Source: Lophium mytilinum (lineage: Eukaryota). From it: a stretch of DNA of 64,000 nucleotides. A model generated the notes under the pieces. That model did not search any database. It was not told the origin of the DNA and saw nothing but the letters and a program-made list of their open reading frames with translations. The stretch lies in NCBI GenBank assembly GCA_010093605.1, contig MU004192.1, positions 938,882 to 1,002,881 of the forward strand. The letters are read 5' to 3'. A program made the position numbers and the translations under genes. This document shows positions 1 to 11,526 of the stretch, one piece after another (the stretch's first letter is position 1; each line of letters starts with the position of its first letter).

Positions 1-871
1 TGCTAGTAGTCCCTTCTTGGACACGACGGAGTACTTTATGAACAAGATTATTCAAAAGCAGGAGATTGTGCCGCCCTGGATAGAGAAGCAGCAGGAGCTT
101 GTCAGCACCGCTACCAAGTTCCGTGCCCGGCTGCGAAACGATTGGAAACGGCATGCTGCCAGGATGATCGCTAGTAGAGGAGGGACCCTTCAAGAGCAAG
201 TCCGCAGAGCACAAGCCTACGCGGCAGCCGAACTCATCGTCAACCCTCCAAGGCGAAAAGAGGAGAAACTCAACAGTGTAGACGACGCAGGCCATTTTTC
301 TCAGATCTCGCTATCAGGGGAGCTCAGCGTACCATCGACTTCCGCCTCCTCTGTAACTCAACCAGTGACGGAGATAGTCATCACAGAAACCAAAACCCCA
401 CAAGCGGTCGCTGCTGAATCCCCTGAATCTGTCACCTCGGATCAACCGTCTACCCAGGACCCCATACCCCCAATTGCCACCTCCCAATCACCCCCACCAA
501 TCCCCTTCCGTGATCCCACCTGGCTCGCTACCGAAAACGCTTTCCTCACCCTCTCAATTACCTCCTTGAACGCTTTGACACGCACCTACAACCTCATGGC
601 GCCCGACCTCGCCAAGAAACCCTACTTTTCCCTCCCCCGCGAGCTCGCTGCTTGTTACTCAGACGTCGCGCCGCAGATAGCAAACGCGATTGTCGAGCGA
701 GCGGCAGCCCCTAAGCGGCCGACGGACGATGGGTTCGGCTTTGGGAAGGGTGCGGGGATGGTGGAGCGGTTGACTGGGGGAGGAGTGAGGGTGAAGGATG
801 AGCGACCGGGGAGGGCGTATGGGTTCAAAGAGTTTTGGAGAGATGTGTGGGGAAAGGAGGGCAGTGGGTAG
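1..871 (+). CDS. 3' part of a DUF1992 / DnaJC28-conserved-domain protein (5' end outside the window)
   Basis: Frame is open from the window edge. Contains LDTTEYFMNKIIQKQEIVPPWIEKQQEL and LNALTRTYNLMAPDLAKKPYFSL, typical of fungal DUF1992 proteins. Confidence 0.7.
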   Translation, partial: ASSPFLDTTEYFMNKIIQKQEIVPPWIEKQQELVSTATKFRARLRNDWKRHAARMIASRGGTLQEQVRRAQAYAAAELIVNPPRRKEEKLNSVDDAGHFSQISLSGELSVPSTSASSVTQPVTEIVITETKTPQAVAAESPESVTSDQPSTQDPIPPIATSQSPPPIPFRDPTWLATENAFLTLSITSLNALTRTYNLMAPDLAKKPYFSLPRELAACYSDVAPQIANAIVERAAAPKRPTDDGFGFGKGAGMVERLTGGGVRVKDERPGRAYGFKEFWRDVWGKEGSG

Positions 872-1139
872 TGTACGGCGGTAGTGTTGATGGTAATCAT
901 GATTATGAGTAAGCGCGTACGCTAGCGGACTGTTTTTGATTTTATACAGAGGTGTATATACAATGTAAGAAGACGTAATCTACTCCGTTCATGAGTATCG
1001 TTCCTTTTCGTAATCTTGGTCGTTAAGTATGTCGTGTCGTCGTATCCAAAGCGTCGGCCATCTGGCGTACCCAAAGCAGTATCCAGCAGTCGTATCCAAC
1101 TTTCCGTCTATCAATGAAACCACTCACCTCTCTCTGTTC

Positions 1140-3818
1140 TCATTCAATCCCCCTCCTACCAACTCCACCCTCCTCATCCCTCGGCTGACAAAAACAAACT
1201 CTCAACGCCCACCCAACACTCTCCCCCACCCTCCCCTCACAACAGAACCCCGTCGTCCCCCTGGTCGTCCCCCTAATCCCATCATCCTCATCAACCGTCC
1301 CATCCACAGCCACAAACCCAACCCCCTGCATAACCCTCCCCACACCCCTTCCCCTACAACTCCTCTGACTTATCCCCGCCATCCCCTTCGTATTTTTCAC
1401 CCCACTCCTCGGCTGCAAACTCGCCGCCCGAACCTCCCCCCCACATCCATGCACATCGCGGTGCTTAACAAGCCTCCCCTTCGGCAATCCCACGCTCCTA
1501 TGACTCGGAATCGCAGGACCATGCGGCTCGACCGACGGCGTTATAGGCGTCCGTGGCGGGTGAACGTGCGTGCGGATCGGGATGCTAACGCGCGGGACGC
1601 TCTCGCTGCTCAGCGGGCGATACGCCACACCTCCTCCGCTACCGCTGCGGCGCTCGGGCGGTTTGCGCAGCCAGCTGGGGAGCGGGTACGTGGAGGCGGG
1701 GGACGGGGTGGCGGGGAGGGTGACGAGGCGGGCGAGGGGCTCGATGGGGTTTTGGAGGGAGGCAATCGCGGACGGGCTGGCGATGCGGGAGTGGCGTTTT
1801 GAGGGGCGGGGTGCTGAGGCGTCGGAGTCGGAGGATGAAGTGACGCGGATGAGGTTGCCGGAGGGGGAGTGGAAGGAGGTTATGCAGGTGCTGGCGCTCG
1901 GGGAGGCGCCGTGGGGTTGTTTGTAGGTGGTCGAGGTGGTGACGATGCCGTTGGCAGCGGCGAAGGGGAGGAGGATGGGGAGGGCGGCGGAGGTGAGGGT
2001 GTGGGATTTAGTGTGGGTGGGTGGCGGGTGAGGGTTGAGGAGGGGGGATTTGGAGGCGAACCAGGTGGATGGTTTGGGGGGGTGGAAGATGCTTGGGTTG
2101 GCGCTCAGACTGTACTCGGTGGTTGTGGTTGTTACGTGAGTGTTGTCGCTGCTGTCTCGGGAGGGGAAAGGGGTGCTGTGGTTTGAGCTGGGGTTTGTGG
2201 TCGCGTAGGTAGGGAGGCGGCTGTGGTCGTGGTAAGGGACTAAGGTAGCCTTTGCCTTTCGTCTTTTGCTAGCTCCTGAGTCGTGCTCCTCGTCTGTTCC
2301 GAGGATGGAACTTGATACTGACAAGGAGCTGCCACTGGTAGTGCGGCTACGGTCGTATTTGTGGAGTGAAGGAGCGTTCGGACGGTAGAGAAGGACTCCA
2401 TCAAACGAGTATCGCAGTCCGTCGCCATCTCTACCTCGAATCGAGAGGGGAAGAGGAGTGGTGGGCTGAACGATCGTAGGTGCGTTGTTCGGGATTGAGA
2501 AGCGTTTCGATGAGATTATGGGCGCGGTCGGTGGTGTGTAGAACTGCGAGGGCGAGGGGGTGGGCGAAGCTGAGATTTCGCCAGGTCTCAGCAACACCGG
2601 AGTTGTGCAACACGGCGTGATTGCTTGGTCTTCCTGAAAATGGTGTCCTCTCACAAATATTGCTGGTGATTCGTTGCGGGGCGCTTTCTCTGGCTGGTGA
2701 GAGGTCGCCTTGGAATCGTTCCCTGGCTTCTCCTTCTGGGCAGGAGTCGCAGATCGCCCCGACAACAAGTTGTAACCAAGATGAACAGACCCAGTAACGT
2801 TGGGTTCGTGTACTGCGCGTTTCCTCCTGTGTGCGTGGCCGCTCGAGTCACCTTTTGTTGACGGCTCTGAGAGCCCTTTGTATCGCGCTGATCGGAAGAT
2901 CGGCGTGTCTTGAACCACCGTGTCTTCATTTGGGCGACTTCTCAAGGCAGAGAGAGAAAGCGTGTGTCGAGGCGTTTTACGGACCGTGTCGAAAAGGGTC
3001 CGAAGAACTTGCCTCACGGGTCTGGCCTCCCGTTCGGGGTCCGGTCGCTGAGGTTGAGTGACAGGAGAGAGCTGAGGTTTGCTAGAGTCTTCAGGAGCTG
3101 CTTCGAGTCGAGAAACAACTGGGATGTCTTTGGGCGTATCGACTTGCGGTTGTTCAAGATTGTATTTCGGTGTGCTCTGAGTCTTGACGCTCGTAGCCTC
3201 CTGTAATCTCTGTTTGGCAGCCTCGAAGACCTTGTGCAAAGCCACCTCATCCAAACTCCTCGACACCTCTCGCCGGCTGGCACCTTCGTGACACTTCGTA
3301 TTAGGTGATAGCGTGCTTGACGAATGGCTGGCGCTCAACTGGCCGGACGTATAACGACGAGGGGTGCTGATAAGAGACGGGAGCGAGCTCAGCGTCGAGT
3401 AAGATCTCTGCTCGATTATGGTCGTGAGCTGTGTGCCATTTGGCCGATTGGTAAATCGAAGTGCCAGATTGCACGGCACGGGACGTGGTTTGGGATCCTT
3501 GCAGGACTCCTTTTTGTTTTGGGCGTAAGCATCGTCCCCGACGTCCTGGTCAATGACGCACTTTGGCTCATCAGGCTGGATCAGTAAACCAGTTCTGTTG
3601 ACGGACGTGGCAGTCAACAAGCCAGAGAGGGGATCTGGACCAGTAGGAGAGTTTGCAGAGTGGAGGTCGGGCAAGGTTGACGAAGTCCCTGAAGCGCCGT
3701 CAATGGAGTCGCTGGGGGCCCGCTCGGCAGATGGCACCAGGGAGAAAGCCAATGGCAGCACATAAAGACTATCTCCCTGGCCAAGAGCAGCTTTTGTGTT
3801 TGTTTTAGGAGCAGCCAT
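1140..3818 (-). CDS. Ser/Pro/Thr-rich, probably disordered hypothetical protein (892 aa)
   Basis: 2.7 kb ATG-initiated uninterrupted ORF with no recognisable domain. The 3' end could be altered by splicing. Confidence 0.65.
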   Translation of the reverse strand: MAAPKTNTKAALGQGDSLYVLPLAFSLVPSAERAPSDSIDGASGTSSTLPDLHSANSPTGPDPLSGLLTATSVNRTGLLIQPDEPKCVIDQDVGDDAYAQNKKESCKDPKPRPVPCNLALRFTNRPNGTQLTTIIEQRSYSTLSSLPSLISTPRRYTSGQLSASHSSSTLSPNTKCHEGASRREVSRSLDEVALHKVFEAAKQRLQEATSVKTQSTPKYNLEQPQVDTPKDIPVVSRLEAAPEDSSKPQLSPVTQPQRPDPEREARPVRQVLRTLFDTVRKTPRHTLSLSALRSRPNEDTVVQDTPIFRSARYKGLSEPSTKGDSSGHAHRRKRAVHEPNVTGSVHLGYNLLSGRSATPAQKEKPGNDSKATSHQPEKAPRNESPAIFVRGHHFQEDQAITPCCTTPVLLRPGEISASPTPSPSQFYTPPTAPIISSKRFSIPNNAPTIVQPTTPLPLSIRGRDGDGLRYSFDGVLLYRPNAPSLHKYDRSRTTSGSSLSVSSSILGTDEEHDSGASKRRKAKATLVPYHDHSRLPTYATTNPSSNHSTPFPSRDSSDNTHVTTTTTEYSLSANPSIFHPPKPSTWFASKSPLLNPHPPPTHTKSHTLTSAALPILLPFAAANGIVTTSTTYKQPHGASPSASTCITSFHSPSGNLIRVTSSSDSDASAPRPSKRHSRIASPSAIASLQNPIEPLARLVTLPATPSPASTYPLPSWLRKPPERRSGSGGGVAYRPLSSESVPRVSIPIRTHVHPPRTPITPSVEPHGPAIPSHRSVGLPKGRLVKHRDVHGCGGEVRAASLQPRSGVKNTKGMAGISQRSCRGRGVGRVMQGVGFVAVDGTVDEDDGIRGTTRGTTGFCCEGRVGESVGWALRVCFCQPRDEEGGVGRRGIE

Positions 3819-6041
3819 TGTTGCTTGCCGATCGAAGACGAGTGATGAGAATCGAGCGTCGGTATGTCCGATCTTTTAGATCAGAGCACGCGACATTGGT
3901 GGAGAATTGAAAGTAACAAGCACCACGCATTTACCCAATGGTCGGGCTGCCCTCCGCATTCGTCGCCGCTGCCCTGCTACAGCGACGGGGAGAAAAGCAC
4001 GTTGCTTCACCGACGCCAAGGCGTGGAGAGCGCAGGAGCAGAGCAACGGCGTCTGGCCCAGGAGGCGCCCTCTAGAACCCCAGCCAGGTGGTACTGACAT
4101 CAGCATGGCATTCCAAATCACACCACCGCCCATTGCGGGAGAAGAGGTGCGGCAGGATAGCAGCAGTAGCTGACGATGGTGGTACAGCATTCTGCGGCGG
4201 AGGTGTCTGTGCTCGTGCGCAGTGAGGCTTCACAGTGGACGCCTCCAAACGCACCGCCCAAGTCTCAAGCAAAAAGAAAGCCCCACCCCCGAGTCGAGGA
4301 TGCTCCGATCTTTGTCTTTAGGTTTCGCTTTTTATTGCCGCGTCGAGCGATTCCTGCAGCCACGGTCGGGCAAGGAGAACGGGAGCAGGAGAAGGCGTTG
4401 GGCCACACGAGCGACGTCCAGGGCGACGACGTACAAAGCGATTTCTGGACAGCGTCTGTCGCACCATACGCTCCCACGCGAACGCCAACGGTACACTCCT
4501 GCACCGGTGGCCTGGCGAGCAGAGACGACTGCTCATACCGCTGTGCCGCCCTAGCTGGACCCTGGGGGCCACGTGGGAGTGCGCCTCAGCCGCTCTGGAA
4601 TGCAATCCGGTGGATCTTGTCTGATCTGACAGCTCGGAACGATCTCGATGTGTCCATGGAGACTCGATGCCCCGTTTGGGCGTAGCTTGGCAGCGCAAAT
4701 GATACGACTCCGCGGGCCCCTGGCGGCCAGACGTGCGGTCAGACGTAGGAAGGCAAGCCTGCCGCCAGAACAAGGAAGCAAGTCCATGACTGTGCAAATG
4801 CATCATAAGGCCCGATGTGCTCAGTGACGAGCGGCGGTGGACGCCGGAGTGCAGTCGGTCCATCCAGGACGGGCTGCGGCGCATGGCGCACGCAGGCTGG
4901 GCCGCAACCCGGGTTTTTGCTCTTCGGGATGCTAGCCGACATTCTCGCGACGCCCCAAAACCTGTGGCGGCTGTCGGCCAAAGAAGCGAAGGCTAACAGA
5001 CGCTGCGAGCCTGGCATTGGGGCGCGCTCCGCCTCCGGTTCGTGGTGGTGGCCAACGACAGGCGACGGCCCTGCCCTGAGATCCCCCCGGACGTGGATCT
5101 CCAGCCGTCCAGATCGCCGGAGCTCGATTCGCCAGGATGGGCCCGCGGCGGCCAAGGGCCCTGGCAGCAAGGGATCGGGCAGATAGCCGGCACGCGGCTG
5201 CAGCGTCGAGGTGCGTCGACCGTCGCCGAGAGGGGGGCGTCAGTTCAGCGTCAGTTGAGCGTCAGCGTCGCGACGAACTGGCACAAGCGACCATCGGGTA
5301 GCCGTTCACCGTTGGGTGCTTGGGCGCGCGGTACGGGAACATGGCAGGTCCCGGGCTGGGGCGTGCCGCTCACTGAGCACAAGCCGGTTTGAGAGCCGCC
5401 GATCACAGCGGCGTGCCCAGAGCGCAGGAGGCCCGTCTGTGGCGCTGCCAGGCCCTTCGATGCGCCTTCTAGAAGCTCTCCCTGCCCGAGGACGCTCCGT
5501 GCACTGGCAGAATGGCTCTGCCACAGCGCCGGCACGCGGTCTGAGCGTGGCGCTGGACGGCGCGGTCGTGAAGGGTGGTTGATGTTGTCGCAGGACGCCA
5601 GAAGTTCACCATCGTGGCGCCTAGTCCGTCTGCGTCAGGGCCGCCGCTTGCATGCAAATCGTGCTACATCGAATCATTACCATCGTCGATCCCCTCCGCT
5701 CTCAATTGGCTCTCTCAACAGCTGGCCACGGCGAGCCCAATCGTGGCCCATGTACCGCCTAAAACGGCTCCCTCGAGCCCTAATTCCTCCCGCCAGTCGT
5801 CTAGGCGAGGGACAAGAATGCAGACTGCCCCACATGTCTCCCTACGCCCGCCATGTGGTGTAGTTGCCTTCCCCCAGCCATTCAGCGTGAAGTGATGGCA
5901 CCCATATCGTTTTGAGCCCGGACCATCTTCGACCCCTGACTTGAGCACACCAAGACAAAAGGGCGCCTTAGACAATTACAAATGCAAGAATGGCCTGAGG
6001 GAGTTTTGCTGCTGCCTTGGAGCAGGTGCCGCACGTCTTGT

Positions 6042-6476
6042 TCATTTGGGATGCGGTCCAGCGCCGTCGTGTTCCTGTTCGCTCGTCGTGTCCACTGTTG
6101 GCGCCAGACAGCGCGCCGATCCACCAACGCCCTCAAGAAATCCGGAGAGATCGCTGGCCCGGAATGACTCCCGCCAGTAGATTGCTCGGATGCTAGTGCC
6201 CAATTCGAATACCATCGCCTGGACGAGATAAGCCTTGTCGTCCATTGCCAGGAGCTGAACGAGCCCTTGCTCGCTGTTCCACTCCTCGACAGCTAGGAAA
6301 CCTCCGCCATTGGACTGCCGAACGCCTTCTTGACGAATAAGATAGTCCGCAAGCGCTCCCGCCATTGCATATAGATGCACCGGTATGCAGCCAGTGCAAA
6401 CTGTCATCAGACCACCCGACGGATCGGCGAAAACCGAAAAGAGTGCCAGTTCTTGATGGGGACTGGCTGCGTTCAT
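6042..6476 (-). CDS. possible small hypothetical protein or gene fragment (144 aa)
   Basis: ATG-initiated ORF with globular-looking composition (AMAGALADYLIRQE...EEWNSEQGLVQLLAMDDKAYLVQAMVFELG). No family recognised. Confidence 0.25.
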   Translation of the reverse strand: MNAASPHQELALFSVFADPSGGLMTVCTGCIPVHLYAMAGALADYLIRQEGVRQSNGGGFLAVEEWNSEQGLVQLLAMDDKAYLVQAMVFELGTSIRAIYWRESFRASDLSGFLEGVGGSARCLAPTVDTTSEQEHDGAGPHPK

Positions 6477-6849
6477 CCCCTCCTAGCTCTTCCGGGATTG
6501 GGAACTGTCGGCAGAGCTCCTGCATGGGGCGAAGGCTGTGCTGGCAGGCTCACTGTCCCCAGTCGGCAGGCCATCTCGCAGCATGACTGGCCACTCATCA
6601 TGCCCGACGTGCGATTGAGGGGTCCCAGAGTTCCGGTAAGGTGGGAGGACTGCAACCCTAGTCAAGTGGCTAGCGGCCTATCTGCTGTGCCGTTCACTGC
6701 GGACAGGCCTTGACCGGACTATAAGAATCGACCGACGGGTTTAGCTGCTGGAGGGCTCCGTTAAGACAAGGGATCCGCTGCTGATTTCGTCTGCTCCCTC
6801 ACTCCACAGGCATCTTCCTGACTCGTGAACAGCTCCACATTGGCCAGCA

Positions 6850-7474
6850 ATGTCTCCCGTCCAAAAACCCCACCCGCCCAGGAGCGCGAGGAAGGAGGAG
6901 TTCCTTGCTCGTCTTGGCTTGAATGACGTTGAGCCTTCGCACAAGCTTCTATACCGACGCATGCTGGTATGTAAGAGCCCCTTGCCTCTCTGATGTTGCT
7001 GATCCGAAATGGGGGGGAACAGGACGAAGCATCCGCTGGCAGGGATCGGTTGAGTCAAGATCCAAACAACCTCTACGCCCAGAACAGGCACGACCCGAAC
7101 ATTCGACAACCATACTCGGCAGATAATATGACGGAGACGGCCATGCACCGGGAGGTCATGAATATCTGGAAGCTCGCTAGTGTTGAGACTCGTTCTTACT
7201 ACGACTTCGGTTCGATCGGGGGCCAAGCCACGCCGGACAACTGGGTAATTCGGTGGTGCCTCTGGCATGTGTTCCGATATAGAGACAATCGCAACTCCAG
7301 ACGTCCAAACGAGCTCAGAGAGCCGACTAATGGGCATGGGCAGCGCGGTGGTCAAGGTCAGTAGCTCCAGCATGAGGTTGCGGCCATGCAGTACCGAATG
7401 TGATAGTCGATCAAGCGCTAACCTTTCGAGTAGTGACGTACTACGATCCCGTCAGGAACACCCTTAGGGACTAG
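6850..7474 (+). CDS. spliced small hypothetical protein (~163 aa); exons 6850-6966, 7023-7356, 7434-7474
   Basis: Intron 1 GTATGT..GCTGAT..ACAG (6967-7022) and intron 2 GTCAGT..GCTAAC..TAG (7357-7433) join in frame. Product: MSPVQKPHPPRSARKEEFLARLGL...LLYRRML|DEASAGRDRL...DNWVIRWCLWHVFRYRDNRN...GQ|VTYYDPVRNTLRD*. Confidence 0.75.
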
Positions 7475-8906
7475 GACACATAGGGTGGCGGTGCTTGGTT
7501 GATGTGTGTATCTAACAGCGTCAGCCATCATCGCACATACCCAGGTACGCCGGTTTGAACAACAAAAAGAGTGTAGATGTCATACGCCGAAGGTGTTTTT
7601 CGGAGGGAAGAGCTACCGTAACTGGCTGGTTGAGCCATCAAGGTTCCTGGCGACGGTATGCTCTCGGGGAGTTCACGGTTTCTATATCTCCTTCTCTTCC
7701 TTTACGAGTCCATGTCCTTGTCTTGACACACCACTCGTTATAGCTGGAGGTAACACCGGAGTATAGCTTAAGTGACAGTATGTCTAACCAATTAACCAAT
7801 CCTGGGGCGTGACGTCCTAGCCCCTATCTTCTCATGGCTCCTGCGCCCCAAGCTCTTTCATGCTGATGTCATGCAATTGAAGTACTGAAAACCACTCACA
7901 TGTGTACGCCTGAGTGTGACCTAGGAGATATAAGCATTGAGAGCATAATTATAGCATGCTTGTATGCTTTGGCGGGGGTCTCAGATTGAAGACGCCGAGC
8001 ACGCGTCAGTGCCCAATTGAAACACAAGCAATAAAGCAACCGCGTGCCACGCACAAAACTCATAAACACAAAGCTGCAAGTGAGTGACCATTATAGCATG
8101 AAAAGATCTGGAGCTTGCGCAAGGGAAGGGGAGCTGTTTCGCGGGGAAAAGGAGGCCGGCAGCGGGTGTTTTAAGCTGCGTCTATCTACCAGGCAAACGA
8201 CGCCGGATCCAAGCTTCATGATGTCACAGGGTCTCCTACTTATTGAGGTCGCCGTTCCGCAGCGCAGGCACAACAACGCAGCGATGCTCAGCACAGTTCG
8301 CCTAGGACGCAGGTGCTGTGAGAATCAGGCCATTTTACCAAGTAGAAGTGCTGATCGCAGCCACGCGAGGGTTGATCGGCGACGCCAGATACTGCTTCAG
8401 GGCTACCAGTCCCCTCGACCAGCCATCTCCGGGCATCCCAAGTGACACCCACGAGGCTCGCGAGCTCAAAGATTCCAAATTACCACGAGTCATGCCCCAA
8501 ATGCCCATTCACTGACCCGCTGCCCTGCCAAGCGAAAGCCGTTGGACCAGGGCCGTCTCCACACTTTCCCGGCAGATGGTTGCGGGTGAGGCGGAGCTGG
8601 GTCCAACCCGAGCCATTGGCTCGCGGGAGCGGGACTCCCGTCCCACGCTCTCCCTGCGCGCGGGTACCGATCCATCTTACCGTCCCACGCGCCCGGTATT
8701 GGTATTACCTCACCCAGCGGGCGCCTGATACCCGTCGGCCGTGTCGTGCGTGCGGTTGGCCAGACGCACCTCATGAATCGCGACCGTAACATGCAGATAT
8801 AAATTCAGGGATCGACACGGACCATTGGTTTCCGGAAGCCGGTCCTGCCCCAGCCACAACGCCATCGCTATGAAAACAACGAGAGAATGAGAGAAGATCC
8901 GCAACC

Positions 8907-10945
8907 CTATAGCATCATCTGGAGCTGGGACATCTGTGCCCTCTGTTCCTCATACGCCTGCTTATACTGTTGCAGCGCCGACCCGATTGCCCTCGTGATA
9001 GGTGCCATCATGTCATTGACGGCCTTGGAGCCGCCCTTAATCGAATTAGGGTCGAACTTCCTCCGCTTACCTGTCTTCTGGAGATGTTCTTCGATCCGCT
9101 TCTTCTGCTCTCCTAATTTGCGCTCTCGTTCTTTCTCCGCAGTATCAGCCACGGCTTTGATTCTTTCGAGCGACTTGGCCAGTGTTTCCACCAGCTTCTC
9201 GGCCTCAAGAGCCCGGTCTGCATCGCCAGACAGAAAGACTGTCCAGAAGTAGTGTAGGAACTCCACGGTGGTGTTGTGCGTCATGGCCAGGGTGTCAAGC
9301 ACACCCGATGTCAGCCCGACCTTGGCAGCTTGCTCCGCAGTGGATGTGGTCGAGAGAAGCTGATCGTCTAGATGCAAGTGGCGCTGATTGATCGCCCCCA
9401 TGATCTGCACTGTGGCTGCCCCCCGGCTGTGTTTGTTGCCTACGCGAGCCTTCTTTTCTACGCCTTCTTCATCATCCTCGCTATCACTGTCCTCTTGGGT
9501 ACCAATAGCTGTCTCGAGATTTAAGCCTCGGCCACTTGACATACCGTCCGAGATGTTCCGGACGTCTTCTCGTACTGCAGAAAGGACTTTGCCGGGACTT
9601 CGTTTCGCGTAAGTAGTACTGCTAGAGTTTTGCGTGCCGTGATTGCCAGTGAAGAATTTCTTCTTGTCGCTGATTTTGAGCATGATCCGGTTGTCATCAG
9701 CCCCGCGCTGAAGATCTCGAAGCTTTAGTTCCTTATACGTCTCCTCGTCCATACCTGCCGGTGCGTGCGGATCCGCGGCATCCGTAGGGGTCACCTCCGC
9801 CAGCATCTTCTCACTCATAGTGTTGAGCACGCGTAATATGGGCACCTTTTCGTTCGTACTAGGTTGCATCGTCCAATCCAGCCGGTTCCCTAGCCGCTGG
9901 CTGTGATCTTGCTCATTCCCTTCTAAATCAATGATGTGGGGAACATGGGCCATGACGAATTGCTCAGTGCGGTCGGCGTCTTCGTTGAAGCTCAGGTACT
10001 GATCGAGTCTTGGATCGACCGCATCATTTTCGGTGATCTTTTCGCCTTTCAACTTCTTGAACAGTCGGCTACCAAAGAAACGACTCCAGAAGTCGCCCTC
10101 GTTCATCTTGGGCACGCTTTCATTGTAGACCTTCCTCACCATCGGGTGTTGTTTGAAAATGAGCTGGATCTGTTCCTTACTAATGTTGAGCCGCGTAGCA
10201 CCGTCCACGTTCACTGGCTTAATTTCTGACAGCACGTTGTACGTTCCTTGATTTTGACTCTTCTCTACGGCATATGCACGTAGATCGTGTACTCTTGCCG
10301 CCCAGAACTGTGTGGAGAACTGGATTATTGTTATCGTGTCTGGTTTCTCTCTCAGAGCTTGATTGAATATTTCGAAGAGCCTTGGTCTTGCATTTAAAAG
10401 CTCCCTCTGGAGCTCGGTGTTTAACATCAGGCGACTATCTTCGTACATGTTTTCCTCAGCTCGTGCGCCTGCAGAAACTGCCTGGGCGATGGCTAGGGCT
10501 GCTGGCTGTCTGGGCGCATCTTCTGCTGCTGGTGCGGGTGTGTTACCGCCTGAGGCTCTTGCGAGTTCGATGTGCTTTCGGAGTAGGGCCGTTATTGATG
10601 CTTGCTCCGCCCGAGCGGACGTTGGTGACGTGAAGCTGAAGGTGTGGTTCTCTGGCGGGGTGCCTGGGATGCGCTGGACGACAATCTTGATAGACACCTT
10701 GGCACTTTTCTCCGGTGTCTGTTGGAGATCTGCGAGGACTAAAGTCAGCTTCCATGCGTGCGCGAGTGTCGCTGAGGCTGGATAGCCGATATTCAAGGCT
10801 TGGGGAGCTTACTAGTGATCTCGGACGTAGCTATCGTCAACGACGACGCTGACGGAGCATTCGGTTTCCAGGTCACAGTCCTGCCATTTTGAGCTACCAG
10901 AAGCTTACCATCCTGCTTCTTGTAGGAAGTGGAGGCTTCTGACAT
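8907..10945 (-). CDS. TFB1: TFIIH core subunit Tfb1/p62 (PH + BSD domains); exons 10945-10813, 10729-8907
   Basis: Exon 1 MSEASTSYKKQDGKL...VTWKP is spliced (intron 10730-10812) to NLQQTPEKSAKVSIKI (PH domain). BSD repeats FSTQFWAARVHDLRAYAVE and EGDFWSRFFGSRLF, plus IIDLEGNE and TTVEFLHYFW. Confidence 0.93.
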
Positions 10946-11526
10946 TCTTGGGGGTGGTGGGCTGGTAGAAATAGATGATTGCAGCGGTCTTCATGCGACG
11001 CGATGAAGCGATACGGAAAGACGCGTTAATTGCGCTTGCCAAATTCCTTGGCAGCGGAGTGGAGTGGAGCGGAAAGCTTCCTTTTCACCTGCCAATCATG
11101 GACCCTGTAACGGTGAAGGGGGTTTGGACGGACCTCATATGGTTATATTCATGCAAGCGTTAAATTTCACTGCTCTTTGTCCTTGAGGTATCGAAGCGGG
11201 CTCACATTCCTTCGAGTTGCCAGCAAGACATGGAAGTAGTCTAGTTTACCATGCATCAAAGAAAGCATTCCCACACTCCACCGTCGTAAATAACAGGCTC
11301 ATCGCAAGAACGAAGAATTACTCGATGCCTGCCAATCTTGTACAAACACACAGCACCAGCCGCTGTCGAAATGTTATGCTCAAATCCCTAAAAGCCTACC
11401 ATGGCGAGCTCCGTTCGTAATGAAAAGTCCGGGGGATATAGAAGTCCAAAACCTAAGGTGAATGAATCCCGTCTACGCCGTAGCCCAAAAGGTTGATCAC
11501 CTTGCCTCATCACCTATATGCCATAC

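Noticed and set aside
1029..2186. Plus-strand ORFs of 257, 118 and 105 aa
   Set aside because: Antisense shadows of the 892-aa gene, caused by extreme C/G skew; low-complexity translations.
3864..6000. Many overlapping 60-190 aa ORFs
   Set aside because: GC-rich intergenic/promoter DNA with Arg/Pro/Ala-rich random-looking translations; no motifs or consistent splice structure.
6741..7373. 210-aa minus-strand ORF
   Set aside because: Antisense to the better-supported spliced plus-strand gene at 6850-7474.
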